A stretch of 64,000 nt of DNA. Origin: an uncultured Verrucomicrobiae bacterium. GTDB lineage: Bacteria > Verrucomicrobiota > Verrucomicrobiia > Chthoniobacterales > UBA10450. A program made the position numbers and the translations under genes. The stretch covers positions 288,001 to 352,000 of the forward strand of contig CAVWPA010000003.1 of the NCBI GenBank assembly GCA_963756875.1, in the 5' to 3' direction. Of this stretch, positions 9,626 to 19,022 are shown one piece after another. The notes under the pieces were generated by a model. It was given only the letters and a program-made list of their open reading frames with translations, ran no database searches and was not told the DNA's origin. The first letter of the stretch is position 1; every line of letters starts with the position of its first letter.

Positions 9626-10623
9626 TTTCGACCGCGGCTCCGGATTTCAATGAGTCGATCGCAGCGTACGCCCGGAAGGATTTCCCGCTGTTACGTGTGA
9701 CGCGCACGGTTGGCGAAGCTCTGGAGACGATCCGCCGCGAAGGCGTTGGCGAGCGGGTGATTTACTTTTACGCGGTGGACGAGGCCGGCCGGTTGGCGGG
9801 CGTACTGCCAACGCGGCGTTTGCTGACTGCCGCTCCGGAGACACGACTGGAAGACATACTGGTGCGTCGCGTGGTTGCGATTCCGGCGAGCGCCAGCGTG
9901 CTCGACGCCTGCGAATTCTTCGTGCTCTACAAGTTTCTTGCCTTTCCAGTCGTGGACGCAGAGCGGCGCGTGTTAGGCGTCGTGGATGTGAGCTTGTTTG
10001 CGGAGGAGGTTTTGGAAGCGGGGGAGCGCGAAGCCGCAGCGCCCGGGCGCGAGGACATTTTCGAAGCGCTTGGTTTTAGGCTGGCACAGGTGAGGGACGC
10101 GTCGCCGTGGCGTGTGTTTCGCTATCGGTTCCCGTGGCTCCTGGCGACCGTAGCGACTGGGACGGCGTGCGCGTTTCTGGCTGGCGCATTTGAGACCACG
10201 CTCGCCAGAAGTCTTATCATCGCATTTTTTCTTACAATGGTGCTTGGCTTGAATGAAAGCGTGAGCATGCAATCGATGACCCTGACCATCCATGCATTGC
10301 GCGCGATGCCGCTGCGGAGGAACTGGTTTTTGGGCGCGCTACGGCGCGAACTGATGACAGCGTTGCTGCTCGGCGTCGCCTGCGGTCTGCTCGTGGCTGC
10401 GATCGTCTGGTTCTGGCGCGGCGAACCGCTGAGTGCCGTGGTCGTCGGTGGCGCGGTCTTCCTCTCGTTGATCACGGCCGCGATCTTTGGCCTGAGCATC
10501 CCGTCTCTTCTTCATTGGCTGAAACTCGATCCAAAAATCGCCGCCGGCCCGGTCACCCTGGCACTGACAGATTTTTGCGCCCTGCTTTTTTATTTCACCA
10601 TCGCGTGGCTGATCCTGAGATGA
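9622..10623 (+). CDS. mgtE: Magnesium transporter MgtE-like (CBS pair plus TM domain)
   Basis: CBS pair (YFYAVD, FPVVD), RFPWL and DPKIAAGPVTLALTD motifs; lacks the N-terminal helical domain. Confidence 0.85.
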   Translation: MISTAAPDFNESIAAYARKDFPLLRVTRTVGEALETIRREGVGERVIYFYAVDEAGRLAGVLPTRRLLTAAPETRLEDILVRRVVAIPASASVLDACEFFVLYKFLAFPVVDAERRVLGVVDVSLFAEEVLEAGEREAAAPGREDIFEALGFRLAQVRDASPWRVFRYRFPWLLATVATGTACAFLAGAFETTLARSLIIAFFLTMVLGLNESVSMQSMTLTIHALRAMPLRRNWFLGALRRELMTALLLGVACGLLVAAIVWFWRGEPLSAVVVGGAVFLSLITAAIFGLSIPSLLHWLKLDPKIAAGPVTLALTDFCALLFYFTIAWLILR

Positions 10624-11324
10624 ACACCGCCCAGACTACCGGCGTGTCTGTGATTATTCCGGCGCTGAACGAAGAGGAATCGATCGCGACCGTGGTGCGC
10701 GAATGTCTGGCGACCGGCTTGCCTAACGAGGTCGTCGTTGTCGATAACGGCAGTACCGATGCAACCGCGGCACGCGCGCAGGCCGCCGGAGCAAAAGTGA
10801 TGAGTGAGCCAAATCGCGGTTACGGCCATGCATGTCTTGCGGGAATTAGTGCGATTTCACCTGAATGTAAGATTGTCGTGTTCCTCGATGGCGACGGGAG
10901 CGATTGCCCTGAGTTCATGAATCAACTGATCGGGCCCATCGTATCCGGCACGCACGATTTCGTGATCGGCTCGCGCACGCGCGGGCAACGCGAACCCGGC
11001 AGCATGAATTTTCAGCAAATCTTTTCCGGACGAATGGCCGGCGCGATCTTGCGGCTGCTTTACGGGGTTCGTTACTCCGACATGGGTCCATTCCGCGCGA
11101 TCCGCCGCCCTACCCTTGAGCAGCTCGAAATGCGCGAACCGACGTATGGCTGGAACATTGAGATGCAGATGAAAGCCGCGCGCGCGGGGCTGCGCATTCT
11201 CGAGGTACCGGTGAACCATCGTTGTCGATCCGGCGGTCAATCCAAGGTCTCGGGCACGTTGCGCGGCACTTTTGTCGCCGGGACGCGCATCATCACGACG
11301 GCATTCAGAATCGCGCTCGAATAA
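10620..11324 (+). CDS. Glycosyltransferase family 2
   Basis: IIPALNEE, VDNGSTD, RGYGHA, FLDGDGS and GSR motifs; ATGA overlap with the mgtE stop. Confidence 0.92.
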   Translation: MNTAQTTGVSVIIPALNEEESIATVVRECLATGLPNEVVVVDNGSTDATAARAQAAGAKVMSEPNRGYGHACLAGISAISPECKIVVFLDGDGSDCPEFMNQLIGPIVSGTHDFVIGSRTRGQREPGSMNFQQIFSGRMAGAILRLLYGVRYSDMGPFRAIRRPTLEQLEMREPTYGWNIEMQMKAARAGLRILEVPVNHRCRSGGQSKVSGTLRGTFVAGTRIITTAFRIALE

Positions 11325-11368
11325 TCAGCGCGCTTGGCATAAGCAGTTCTACAGCGCATGTTTGCGGC

Positions 11369-12925
11369 TTGAGCATTAGCGGAACGAAAGCGATTTTGGC
11401 TGGTTTGTTCGCCGGCCTTGTCGCTGCGATCGCGATGACCCTTGTGATGCTGCTCCTTGCATGCTTTGGCGTCGCGACACCGCTCACGCTTATTGGAGAC
11501 CGGCTCACCGCGTTTATTTCGCCAGGGCCCTTCCTGTCGCTGATGGGGCGCGTCGGCGGCTACAATCATCTGAAACAACTCGGAGTGGGATCGACCATTG
11601 CCGGACAGCTTATTGTCGGCGCAAGCGGCGGCGGAATTTTCGGCTTATTGATGCGCCGCAACCCCGGGCGTCACGTCACGGGCCTTACCATATCGATTTT
11701 CGTTTTGTTGCCGATTGCTGCCTTTATTCTTGGACTTTGGCCGGTCCTGGGAACCAGTTACCGCGGCCTTCCAATTGGTCCGGCGCGATTGGTCACGCTG
11801 ATTGGATTTGCATTGAGCGTGTTCGCGTTCGAGCGAATGCTGGCCGGGGGATTTCGATATCTGATTCGGCCGCGCGTCGAAACGGACGATCGAGAATTCA
11901 CGCCGGCAATCGGCCGGCGCGCGGTAATTTTGGGCGGACTCGGCTTGCTCGCGGCCGGAGGCGCAGCCGGATTACTCCGTAAACTTTATCGCGCCGCCGC
12001 CTTCAGTTATGACGGCACACAATACAAGGGGCGCATCGTCCAGGCAATCACGCCTAACGAGTTGTTTTATTGCGTGACCAAGAATGTGATCGATCCGCGC
12101 GTGAACGTGCATCTTTGGCGTCTCGAAGTGAACGGGCTTGTGCAAAGCCCAATCACTTACGGCTTCGACGATCTGCAGGGATTTTCCATGGTCGAGCAGG
12201 AAACGACGCTGATGTGTATCAGCAACGGGCTCGACGCCGGCCTCATGAGCAATGCAGTTTGGAAAGGCATCACCATGCGCGACCTGATCGACCCGGCGTC
12301 ACCGCTCTCCGACGCTGCGCGGGTGCGAATGGTCGCCGTTGATAATTACAGCGATACGATACCGCTGGAGAAAGCGCTCGACCCGGCGACGCTGATTGCC
12401 TTCAAGATGAACGGTGTGCCCCTGCCGGATCGGCATGGTTATCCGGCGCGCGTCGTCGTTCCCGGTTACTTCGGCGAGAAACATGTGAAATGGCTGACCC
12501 GGATTGAGCTGGCGCCCGCCGATGCGAAAGGCTTCTACGAAACACAGGGCTGGGGCCCGGACTTCATTGTGCCGACCCGTTCCCGTATCGACGTGCCGGA
12601 TCACGATGCGCGGTTCTCGCTGCGTCAGGTAAAAGCGCCGATTGAAGTGAAAGGCGTCGCCTTTGGGGGCGACCGCGGCATTTCGCGCGTCGAGTTAAGC
12701 GTTAATGACGGCGACAGCTGGAACGACGCAAATATTTATTACAACGGCGGCGATCAGGCGTGGTCCCTTTGGAAATATAACTGGCAGCCTGAGGATGAGG
12801 ACGATTACACGCTTGTTGTGCGCGCGACGGACGGTGAAGGCGAGGTGCAGGAATGGGAGGAAGATCGCGGCCCTTTTTCGGGCGTGACCGGTTTCCATAA
12901 GATCGTCGTGTACGTCACGGCCTAA
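11369..12925 (+). CDS. Membrane-bound molybdopterin-dependent oxidoreductase (sulfite oxidase family)
   Basis: N-terminal TM helices, internal GRRAVILGG, Mo-ligand TLMCISN, HGYPAR..PGYFGEKHVKW. Start uncertain (TTG 11369 chosen; ORF opens at 11222). Confidence 0.88.
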   Translation: MSISGTKAILAGLFAGLVAAIAMTLVMLLLACFGVATPLTLIGDRLTAFISPGPFLSLMGRVGGYNHLKQLGVGSTIAGQLIVGASGGGIFGLLMRRNPGRHVTGLTISIFVLLPIAAFILGLWPVLGTSYRGLPIGPARLVTLIGFALSVFAFERMLAGGFRYLIRPRVETDDREFTPAIGRRAVILGGLGLLAAGGAAGLLRKLYRAAAFSYDGTQYKGRIVQAITPNELFYCVTKNVIDPRVNVHLWRLEVNGLVQSPITYGFDDLQGFSMVEQETTLMCISNGLDAGLMSNAVWKGITMRDLIDPASPLSDAARVRMVAVDNYSDTIPLEKALDPATLIAFKMNGVPLPDRHGYPARVVVPGYFGEKHVKWLTRIELAPADAKGFYETQGWGPDFIVPTRSRIDVPDHDARFSLRQVKAPIEVKGVAFGGDRGISRVELSVNDGDSWNDANIYYNGGDQAWSLWKYNWQPEDEDDYTLVVRATDGEGEVQEWEEDRGPFSGVTGFHKIVVYVTA

Positions 12926-12985
12926 GATCGAGGCGCCGATTGCCGCCAGTTGGAAACTTGCCCAGTTCCAGTTAGTCTCTTGCTC

Positions 12986-14096
12986 ATGACGTCGCTGTGG
13001 GACCAGGCAAATCCGCAGTTGCGCGATCTTGCGGTTTACGAACCGGGGAAGCCGATCGAAGAAACGGCGCGAGAGCTCGGAGTCGATCCGGCCGAAGATC
13101 ATCAAACTGGCTTCCAATGAGAACCCGTTGGGGCCGTCACCGAAAGCGGCCGCGGCAATGCGCGACGCAATTGCCTCCGCGCATCTTTACCCGGATGGCG
13201 GCGGGTTTTATTTGCGCGAGGCCCTGGCGGCCAGGCTCAATCTCGCCAGGGAAAATCTTATCCTGGGGAACGGCTCGAACGAGGTGATCGAATTTGTCGG
13301 GCACGCGTTTCTCAAACCCGGCGACGAGATCGTTGCATCGCAATACGCTTTCATCGTTTACAAGCTCGTTGCGAAACTTTTCGACGCGCGTGTTATCGAA
13401 ACGCCAAGTCCGGATTATCGGCACGATCTTGAGGCGATGTTCGCTGCGATCACCCCGAAAACGAAAGTCGTTTTTATCGCCAACCCCAATAATCCCACCG
13501 GGACATTGATTCCGCAGGCCGAGATCGACCGCTTCGTCACGCGCGTTCCGGAGCGCGTCATTGTCGTTTTCGACGAAGCGTATTTCGAATTTCTCGATCA
13601 CCCGCCGGACACGCTTCAGTACGTTCGCGAAGGCCGGAACGTTATGGTCGTGCGCACCTTTTCAAAAATTCACGGCCTGGCCGGTTTGCGAGTCGGTTAC
13701 GGAATGGCACGGGCCGAGCTGATCGAGGTACTCCAGAAAACGAGAGAACCGTTCAACGTAAACAGCATCGCACAAATCGGCGCGCTCGCGGCGCTTGACG
13801 ACGAAGACCACCAACGAAAAACGAAAAGTGTTGTCGATGCCGGTCGCGCTTATCTGGAGGAACAATTCAACAGGATGAAGGTTCGTTTCGTCCCGACGAC
13901 GGCGAACTTCATCATGGTCAACGTCGGTGATGGACCGGCGGTTTTTAAAAACATGCTCGCCCGGAAAATCATCGTGCGCCCCCTCAAAGGTTACAAATTG
14001 CAGGAGTGGGTCCGGATCACGATTGGTACAATGGAGGAAAATCGAAGGTGCGTCACGGTGCTGGAGGAAATCCTTCCGAAACATCGCGAACATTGA
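12986..14096 (+). CDS. hisC: Histidinol-phosphate aminotransferase, +1 frameshift near 13096
   Basis: ATG 12986 gives MTSLWDQANPQLRDLAVYEPGKPIEE; one extra A precedes IIKLASNENP, NPNNPTG, DEAY and RTFSKIHGLAGLRVGY. Confidence 0.92.
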
Positions 14097-15457
14097 GCTT
14101 GCCGGATCGACAACTGGTTTCTGGCGACACGATCGCCGCCATTTCCACCCCGCCGGGCGAAGGCGCCATCGCGCTCGTCCGAATTTCCGGCGCAAACGCA
14201 ATCGACGTCGCGGACAAAATTTTTCGAGGCAAAGAAAAGCCGTCGCAATTTGAGTCTCATGTCCAGCATCTTGGCGAGATTGTCGATGAAGGCGGACAGG
14301 CGGTTGATCGGGCGATGGTCTCGGTTCATCGCGCGCCGGCCAGTTATACGGGCGAGCAATTGGTCGAGGTCGGTTGCCATGGCGGTACACTGGTCAGCGC
14401 AAAAGTCATGGAGATATGCCTGCGCGCCGGAGCACGCAGTGCGCGGCCGGGTGAATTCACGGAACGCGCGTTTTTGAACGGAAAGATGGACCTCACCCAG
14501 GCCGAAGCAGTGATCGATTTGATTCGTGCCAAAACGGATCTCGCGTTGCGTTCGGCCACGGAACAACTCGAAGGGGTGCTTGGAGCGAAAATTGAGGAAA
14601 TTCGCGACGCAATCGTTGATCTTGTCGCACAGGTCGAAGCATCAATCGATTTTCCGGAGGAAGGCATTGAGCCCGAGCAGGGTAAACAATTATCCGGGCG
14701 GCTTGGTTCGATTCGCGACGAGATCGACGGCCTGCTGGCCACGGCCGACCAGGGCCGGATCCTGCGCGAGGGTGTGCGCGTGGTGATTTACGGCGCCACC
14801 AACGCCGGCAAATCGAGTTTGCTAAACCGGCTGCTCGGCTATGAACGGGTCATTGTGAGCGAAACGCACGGGACCACCCGCGACACGATCGAAGAGACGC
14901 TGAATCTCCGTGGCATACCGATCCGGTTGCTCGACACCGCCGGCTTGCGCAGGTCCAAAAGCAAACTGGAGCGCGCGGGAATCGCCCGCACTGAGAAATC
15001 GATAGAGCTTTCGGACTTGCGCCTGCACATCGCCGATCGTAGCGCCCCGAGGCCGCCGCGCTTCGGGAGCCGGAGTGAAAACGGCAGTGAAATCATGCTG
15101 CTGAACAAGTGCGACCTGCCCGAACACAGCGATTGGAAAGGTCTCGACGCACTTCGCATTTCGTGCCAAACCGGCGAAGGAATAGCGGAGCTCGAAAAGG
15201 AAATTCTCGCGCATATCACAAAACAGAACCTGCGGCCGGAGAGCGCGGTTGCGATCAACGTGCGCCATCGCGACTGCCTGCGACGGGCGCTGGAGGCTTG
15301 CGACCGCGCGCGTACCGCCATGCGCGATGGGCTCGCCCCTGAGTACGTCGCGGTCGACCTGAAAGACGCGCTGCGCGCAGTAGGCGAGGTGATCGGCGCC
15401 GTGAACGTCGAACAAATTCTCGATTCCGTTTTTGGCCAGTTTTGCATCGGCAAATGA
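14093..15457 (+). CDS. mnmE: tRNA modification GTPase MnmE (TrmE)
   Basis: DTIAAIST, GEFTERAFLNGK, GATNAGKSS, GTTRD, DTAG and C-terminal FCIGK; TTGA overlap with hisC. Confidence 0.97.
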   Translation: MSLPDRQLVSGDTIAAISTPPGEGAIALVRISGANAIDVADKIFRGKEKPSQFESHVQHLGEIVDEGGQAVDRAMVSVHRAPASYTGEQLVEVGCHGGTLVSAKVMEICLRAGARSARPGEFTERAFLNGKMDLTQAEAVIDLIRAKTDLALRSATEQLEGVLGAKIEEIRDAIVDLVAQVEASIDFPEEGIEPEQGKQLSGRLGSIRDEIDGLLATADQGRILREGVRVVIYGATNAGKSSLLNRLLGYERVIVSETHGTTRDTIEETLNLRGIPIRLLDTAGLRRSKSKLERAGIARTEKSIELSDLRLHIADRSAPRPPRFGSRSENGSEIMLLNKCDLPEHSDWKGLDALRISCQTGEGIAELEKEILAHITKQNLRPESAVAINVRHRDCLRRALEACDRARTAMRDGLAPEYVAVDLKDALRAVGEVIGAVNVEQILDSVFGQFCIGK

Positions 15458-16461
15458 ACAATGGATACGAGCGTTTCGTCAGGCCGCTCCTCTTTTCATT
15501 TGATCCGGAGACGGCCCATCATTTGGCCATCGCATGCTTGCGCGGCGCGTCAGGTGTTGATCTTGCCCTGCGCGCGCTAAAAGTTTTTCAGCCCCCCGCG
15601 AAGCCGAAAGCGCTCTTCGGTCTCCAATTCCCGAACCCAATCGGCCTGGCGGCGGGTTTTGACAAGAACGGCGTCGCTTTGCCGGCGTGGGCCGCGCTTG
15701 GTTTCGGTTTCATCGAGGTCGGCACCGTCACTGCAAGACCGCAACCTGGGAACCCGAAGCCGCGCATTTTTCGGCTGCCGGAGCAGGCGAGTTTGATCAA
15801 TCGGCTTGGATTCAACAATGACGGAGCGGACGTGGTCGCGCAGAGACTACACGAATTGCGCGAGAGCGGGCGCTGGCCGTCCGTTCCAGTCGGCATAAAC
15901 ATTGGGAAGTCGAAGGTGACGCCGCTGGAAACAGCTGCCGAGGATTACGTTTATTCGTTTCGACGGCTTCATCCGCTGGCCGACTATATTGCACTGAACA
16001 TCAGCTCGCCGAACACGCCCGGATTGCGCGCGCTCCAGGCCCGCGAGCCGCTGTCGATTTTGCTCGGGGCCCTGCGCGAAGAGAACCGCGCGGCAAAGAA
16101 ACCACTGATCGTGAAGATCGCCCCCGATCTTTTGCCTAACGAGCTGGAGGAAATTCTGGCGATCTGCGAGCAGAACGAAATCGCGGGAATTATTGCGACG
16201 AACACAACGCTCGATCACTCCTCGGTCCCACCGGCGCGCAATCAGGAAGGCGGTTTGAGCGGCCGGCTGCTTCGAGACAAAGCGACTGCGCTGGTGCGCC
16301 AGATCACGGCGCGGTCCCGTATTCCAGTAATTGCGTCGGGCGGGATTTGCGACGCAGCATCCGCGCGAGAAAAGATCGAAGCGGGGGCGCAGCTTCTTCA
16401 AATCTACACCGGCTACGTTTACCGCGGCCCAGGATTGCTGCGTGAAATACTGGCGGAATAG
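15454..16461 (+). CDS. pyrD: Quinone-dependent dihydroorotate dehydrogenase
   Basis: GLAAGFDK, QPGNPKPR, NRLGFNN, NISSPNTPGLR, KIAPD, TNTT and GGLSG motifs. Confidence 0.97.
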   Translation: MNNGYERFVRPLLFSFDPETAHHLAIACLRGASGVDLALRALKVFQPPAKPKALFGLQFPNPIGLAAGFDKNGVALPAWAALGFGFIEVGTVTARPQPGNPKPRIFRLPEQASLINRLGFNNDGADVVAQRLHELRESGRWPSVPVGINIGKSKVTPLETAAEDYVYSFRRLHPLADYIALNISSPNTPGLRALQAREPLSILLGALREENRAAKKPLIVKIAPDLLPNELEEILAICEQNEIAGIIATNTTLDHSSVPPARNQEGGLSGRLLRDKATALVRQITARSRIPVIASGGICDAASAREKIEAGAQLLQIYTGYVYRGPGLLREILAE

Positions 16462-16524
16462 CGCGCAGGCGTTTTGCGTCCGGCAACCTTGCAACCGCGT
16501 TTCGAGCGCGGCGCAGCCAGAACG

Positions 16525-16953
16525 TTATTGGGCTGAAGGCGAGGGAGATGCCTCTGGCGCAGGAGGGCGCGGTCCACGGGCGCGTCGGAACCAACGGCGG
16601 TGGCGGGCGTCGATCTTCTCCAACCTCGCGCGCTGCTCCGGCGTAAGGTCGGCCGAGATTTCCCGATGCGCCTCGGCGAAGGTTTCGTGCACGCGTTTGC
16701 CGGTCTCCGCCCGGATCTGATCGAGCTGTGCCGCGGTCTTGTCGATAATCGGTGAGATCTTTGCAAGCTGGTCGTCACTCAAAAGGAGTTCCACGCGAAG
16801 CCGGTTACGAATTCGGTCCCGCATCGCGCTGCGATACGGTCCGAAGAACAAATGGTGCGCGAAGGAGGCGCCAACAAACACGCCTGTCATTCCTCCGGCC
16901 AGGAATACAACCACGAAGCCGACTATTAATTTCCATTTGAGCGCGCGGTTCAT
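16525..16953 (-). CDS. Membrane-anchored LTXXQ (Spy/CpxP-like) protein
   Basis: N-terminal TM helix, LSDDQ and LTPEQ motifs; third gene of the ECF operon with a 4-bp overlap. Confidence 0.7.
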   Translation of the reverse strand: MNRALKWKLIVGFVVVFLAGGMTGVFVGASFAHHLFFGPYRSAMRDRIRNRLRVELLLSDDQLAKISPIIDKTAAQLDQIRAETGKRVHETFAEAHREISADLTPEQRARLEKIDARHRRWFRRARGPRPPAPEASPSPSAQ

Positions 16954-17252
16954 TGTCCAACCTCGTCTTGAATCGCTGAATCTGCGATGGCGAATTCGTT
17001 GGCGAACGGCCCGTTGACGTCGCGGCTCTCATTGATCACGCGATATGCGCCGGCGGTTGCGATCACGATTACGGCTGCGGCAATGAGCGAAACCCGACGT
17101 ACCAGCTGGCTGAGGCCTCGGGCCGTGCCGTTTCCATTCGCGCGCCAAAGCGCCACCACCCGGGTGTCGAATCCGAACGGTGCTTCAATCGGCGCATCGT
17201 CCTTCGCTCCGGCTGCGGAATGCAGTAAGCGATCCAGATCGGAATCCCTCAT
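16950..17252 (-). CDS. Putative anti-sigma factor (single TM helix)
   Basis: Directly downstream of and overlapping the ECF sigma gene; APFGFDTRV motif and one TM helix. Confidence 0.65.
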   Translation of the reverse strand: MRDSDLDRLLHSAAGAKDDAPIEAPFGFDTRVVALWRANGNGTARGLSQLVRRVSLIAAAVIVIATAGAYRVINESRDVNGPFANEFAIADSAIQDEVGQ

Positions 17253-17833
17253 AAATAATCTCCTTTGGCTGAAATTTTGTCGAAATGTCGCTTCATTTTC
17301 TGGCGGGCTCGGAACGCGCGCACTTTAATTAAAGAAGTGCTCCATCCGGTGACCTTTCGAATTTCCTCGACCGAGCGGCCTTGCAAGTAGAGCAAATCAA
17401 TCACCAGGCGTTCGACCGGTTTAAGCAAGCCAAGAAGATGTTCGACCAGCTGGCGTGACGCAAAGCTCTTGTCCGGCGCGAGTTCCTCGGCGGACGCCGC
17501 GAGGTTCTCTACCACCGCCTGTTCTTCTTCGCTTAAATCGGCGTGGCGTAACTCGGGTCGCGCCTTCTCGGCGGCGATTTGGTTGAGACAGGTATTGATG
17601 GCAATCCGTGAAACCCAGTGTTCGAGCGGCACCTTGCCGGAAAACTGAGATAACTTTTGAAATACTCGGATAAAAATCATCTGGGAGAGGTCCTCTTCAG
17701 AAGTTCGCCGCGGCCGGTGAGAGCGCACCATTTTCGTGACCAGGGGGTAAAGCTGGCGAACCAGTTTGCGAGCGGCATCGTCATCATGCGCGAGCGCAGC
17801 CTGGACCAGCGCGCGTGCATCAGAATCATCCAT
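17249..17833 (-). CDS. ECF-type RNA polymerase sigma factor
   Basis: EDLSQMIFIRVF, WVSRIAINTC (region 2); SVEEI..VKVRAFRAR-type region 4. Confidence 0.93.
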   Translation of the reverse strand: MDDSDARALVQAALAHDDDAARKLVRQLYPLVTKMVRSHRPRRTSEEDLSQMIFIRVFQKLSQFSGKVPLEHWVSRIAINTCLNQIAAEKARPELRHADLSEEEQAVVENLAASAEELAPDKSFASRQLVEHLLGLLKPVERLVIDLLYLQGRSVEEIRKVTGWSTSLIKVRAFRARQKMKRHFDKISAKGDYL

Positions 17834-17865
17834 GTAGTCGAGATCGCATCCACACTACTAGCAAA

Positions 17866-17892
17866 GACTTGTACACGTGCTTTCCGGTTACA
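17866..17892 (-). promoter_or_regulatory. Putative ECF promoter of the sigma operon (TGTAACC-N17-GTC)
   Basis: Minus strand reads TGTAACC ggaaagcacgtgtacaa GTC; same motif and spacing as at 18006-18032. Confidence 0.7.
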
Positions 17893-17918
17893 AGATTATT
17901 AGCGTCTTGGCATGAAGT

Positions 17919-17983
17919 TATAGAGGCGCTCGCCGCAGCGAGCGCCTTTTTATCGATTCGGCGTTTGACACGAACGCCCTACA
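17919..17983. repeat. REP-like palindromic doublet
   Basis: TAGAGGCGCTCGCCGCAGCGAGCGCC...GGCGTTTGACACGAACGCCCTACA; inverted relative of the doublet at 29518-29615. Confidence 0.75.
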
Positions 17984-18005
17984 GCAGCGCGGCAAAAGAA
18001 AAATT

Positions 18006-18032
18006 TGTAACCGCGCGCCACAGCGCCCGGTC
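18006..18032 (+). promoter_or_regulatory. Putative ECF promoter of the spy-like gene (TGTAACC-N17-GTC)
   Basis: TGTAACC gcgcgccacagcgcccg GTC, about 60 bp upstream of ATG 18093. Confidence 0.7.
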
Positions 18033-18092
18033 ACCAACTTTGAAACGGGCGCAATAGAGCGCTCAAACAACGAAGGGTAAAACAAACTAATT

Positions 18093-18479
18093 ATGAAACG
18101 AAACTTACTTACATTTGCCGCCGTCGGCGTAATCGCACTGGGCGGCTTCGCAATTGCTCAGGCTGAAGGCGGTCCGGGCCGGTCGCATGGCCACGGCGGC
18201 CACGGCCACGGATTTGCTACCGAGCATCTGACCAAGGCGCTGAACCTTACCTCGGATCAGCAGGCCAAGGTGCAACCGATCATCGATAAGGCGCGGCCAC
18301 AGATGGTCGCGATTCATAAGGACGCGATGCAGAAGATGCAGACGGTGATGGATAACAGCATGTCGCAAATCCGGCCGCTGCTTAATTCGGAGCAGCAGAA
18401 GAAATTCGACGCGCTGCAAAAGGCCCGCCAGGACCTGCGCAGCGCCCGGCAGGAGCTTCAGAACGCCATGGCGGAATAG
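18093..18479 (+). CDS. Spy/CpxP family periplasmic protein
   Basis: Signal peptide, His/Gly-rich segment, LTSDQQ and LNSEQQ motifs. Confidence 0.8.
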   Translation: MKRNLLTFAAVGVIALGGFAIAQAEGGPGRSHGHGGHGHGFATEHLTKALNLTSDQQAKVQPIIDKARPQMVAIHKDAMQKMQTVMDNSMSQIRPLLNSEQQKKFDALQKARQDLRSARQELQNAMAE

Positions 18480-18509
18480 CCAGACTCGTTCAGGGTAAAC
18501 AGGGTGGAG

Positions 18510-18545
18510 CGGCGGCGATTCGGAAACGGTCGCCGCCGTTTCTTT
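18510..18545 (+). terminator. Rho-independent terminator
   Basis: CGGCGGCGA..TCGCCGCCG stem followed by TTTCTTT after the spy-like gene. Confidence 0.7.
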
Positions 18546-18593
18546 CAGCGGTGGCGCTCGGTAGAGTGCCTGCAGCAGCGACCATGCGGCGCG

Positions 18594-18795
18594 CTATGCT
18601 TTCTTGAAGAACGAAACCACCAGGAAAATCACGCCGAAGGAAGGCCAGCACCGCGGCGGCAACGAAGAAGGTTGTAGAAATTTCGATGCGTCCGTGAAAA
18701 TCCGATTTCGAGTGCGCCGCAAACCCAAGCAGGGTCGATAGCAACGCCAGGCTAAACAAAATTACGCTGATCCCTTTCTGGTCGTCGGCTTTCAT
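18594..18795 (-). CDS. Small two-TM hypothetical protein, +1 frameshift near 18640
   Basis: Removing one base gives a 66-aa protein ending ...VLAFFGVIFLVVSFFKKA*, completing the second TM helix. Confidence 0.5.
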
Positions 18796-19022
18796 TTACA
18801 CAATCTTGCGCGCTATTGCATCCACGATACAGACAAAATTTCAAGCTATAAACAAGTCAACAAGGCCGTCATCGCAATCGACCTTATCGCGACCGTCCCA
18901 ACGCAGGCGCGCGAGAAAATCAGAACGCGCTTGCCGCACCATGTCTCGCGTGAACAAGAACGATCGCGAGCGCAGGAACGTCTTAACGAGGTCACGAAAC
19001 CCAATTTTTGGCACAACTCGGA

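Noticed and set aside
13090..13100. Programmed frameshifting in hisC, lysA or kdpA
   Set aside because: No slippery heptamer or stimulatory structure is evident; the insertion-only pattern fits sequencing error
18800..19022. ORF or ncRNA downstream of bioB
   Set aside because: No convincing coding signal or recognisable RNA structure
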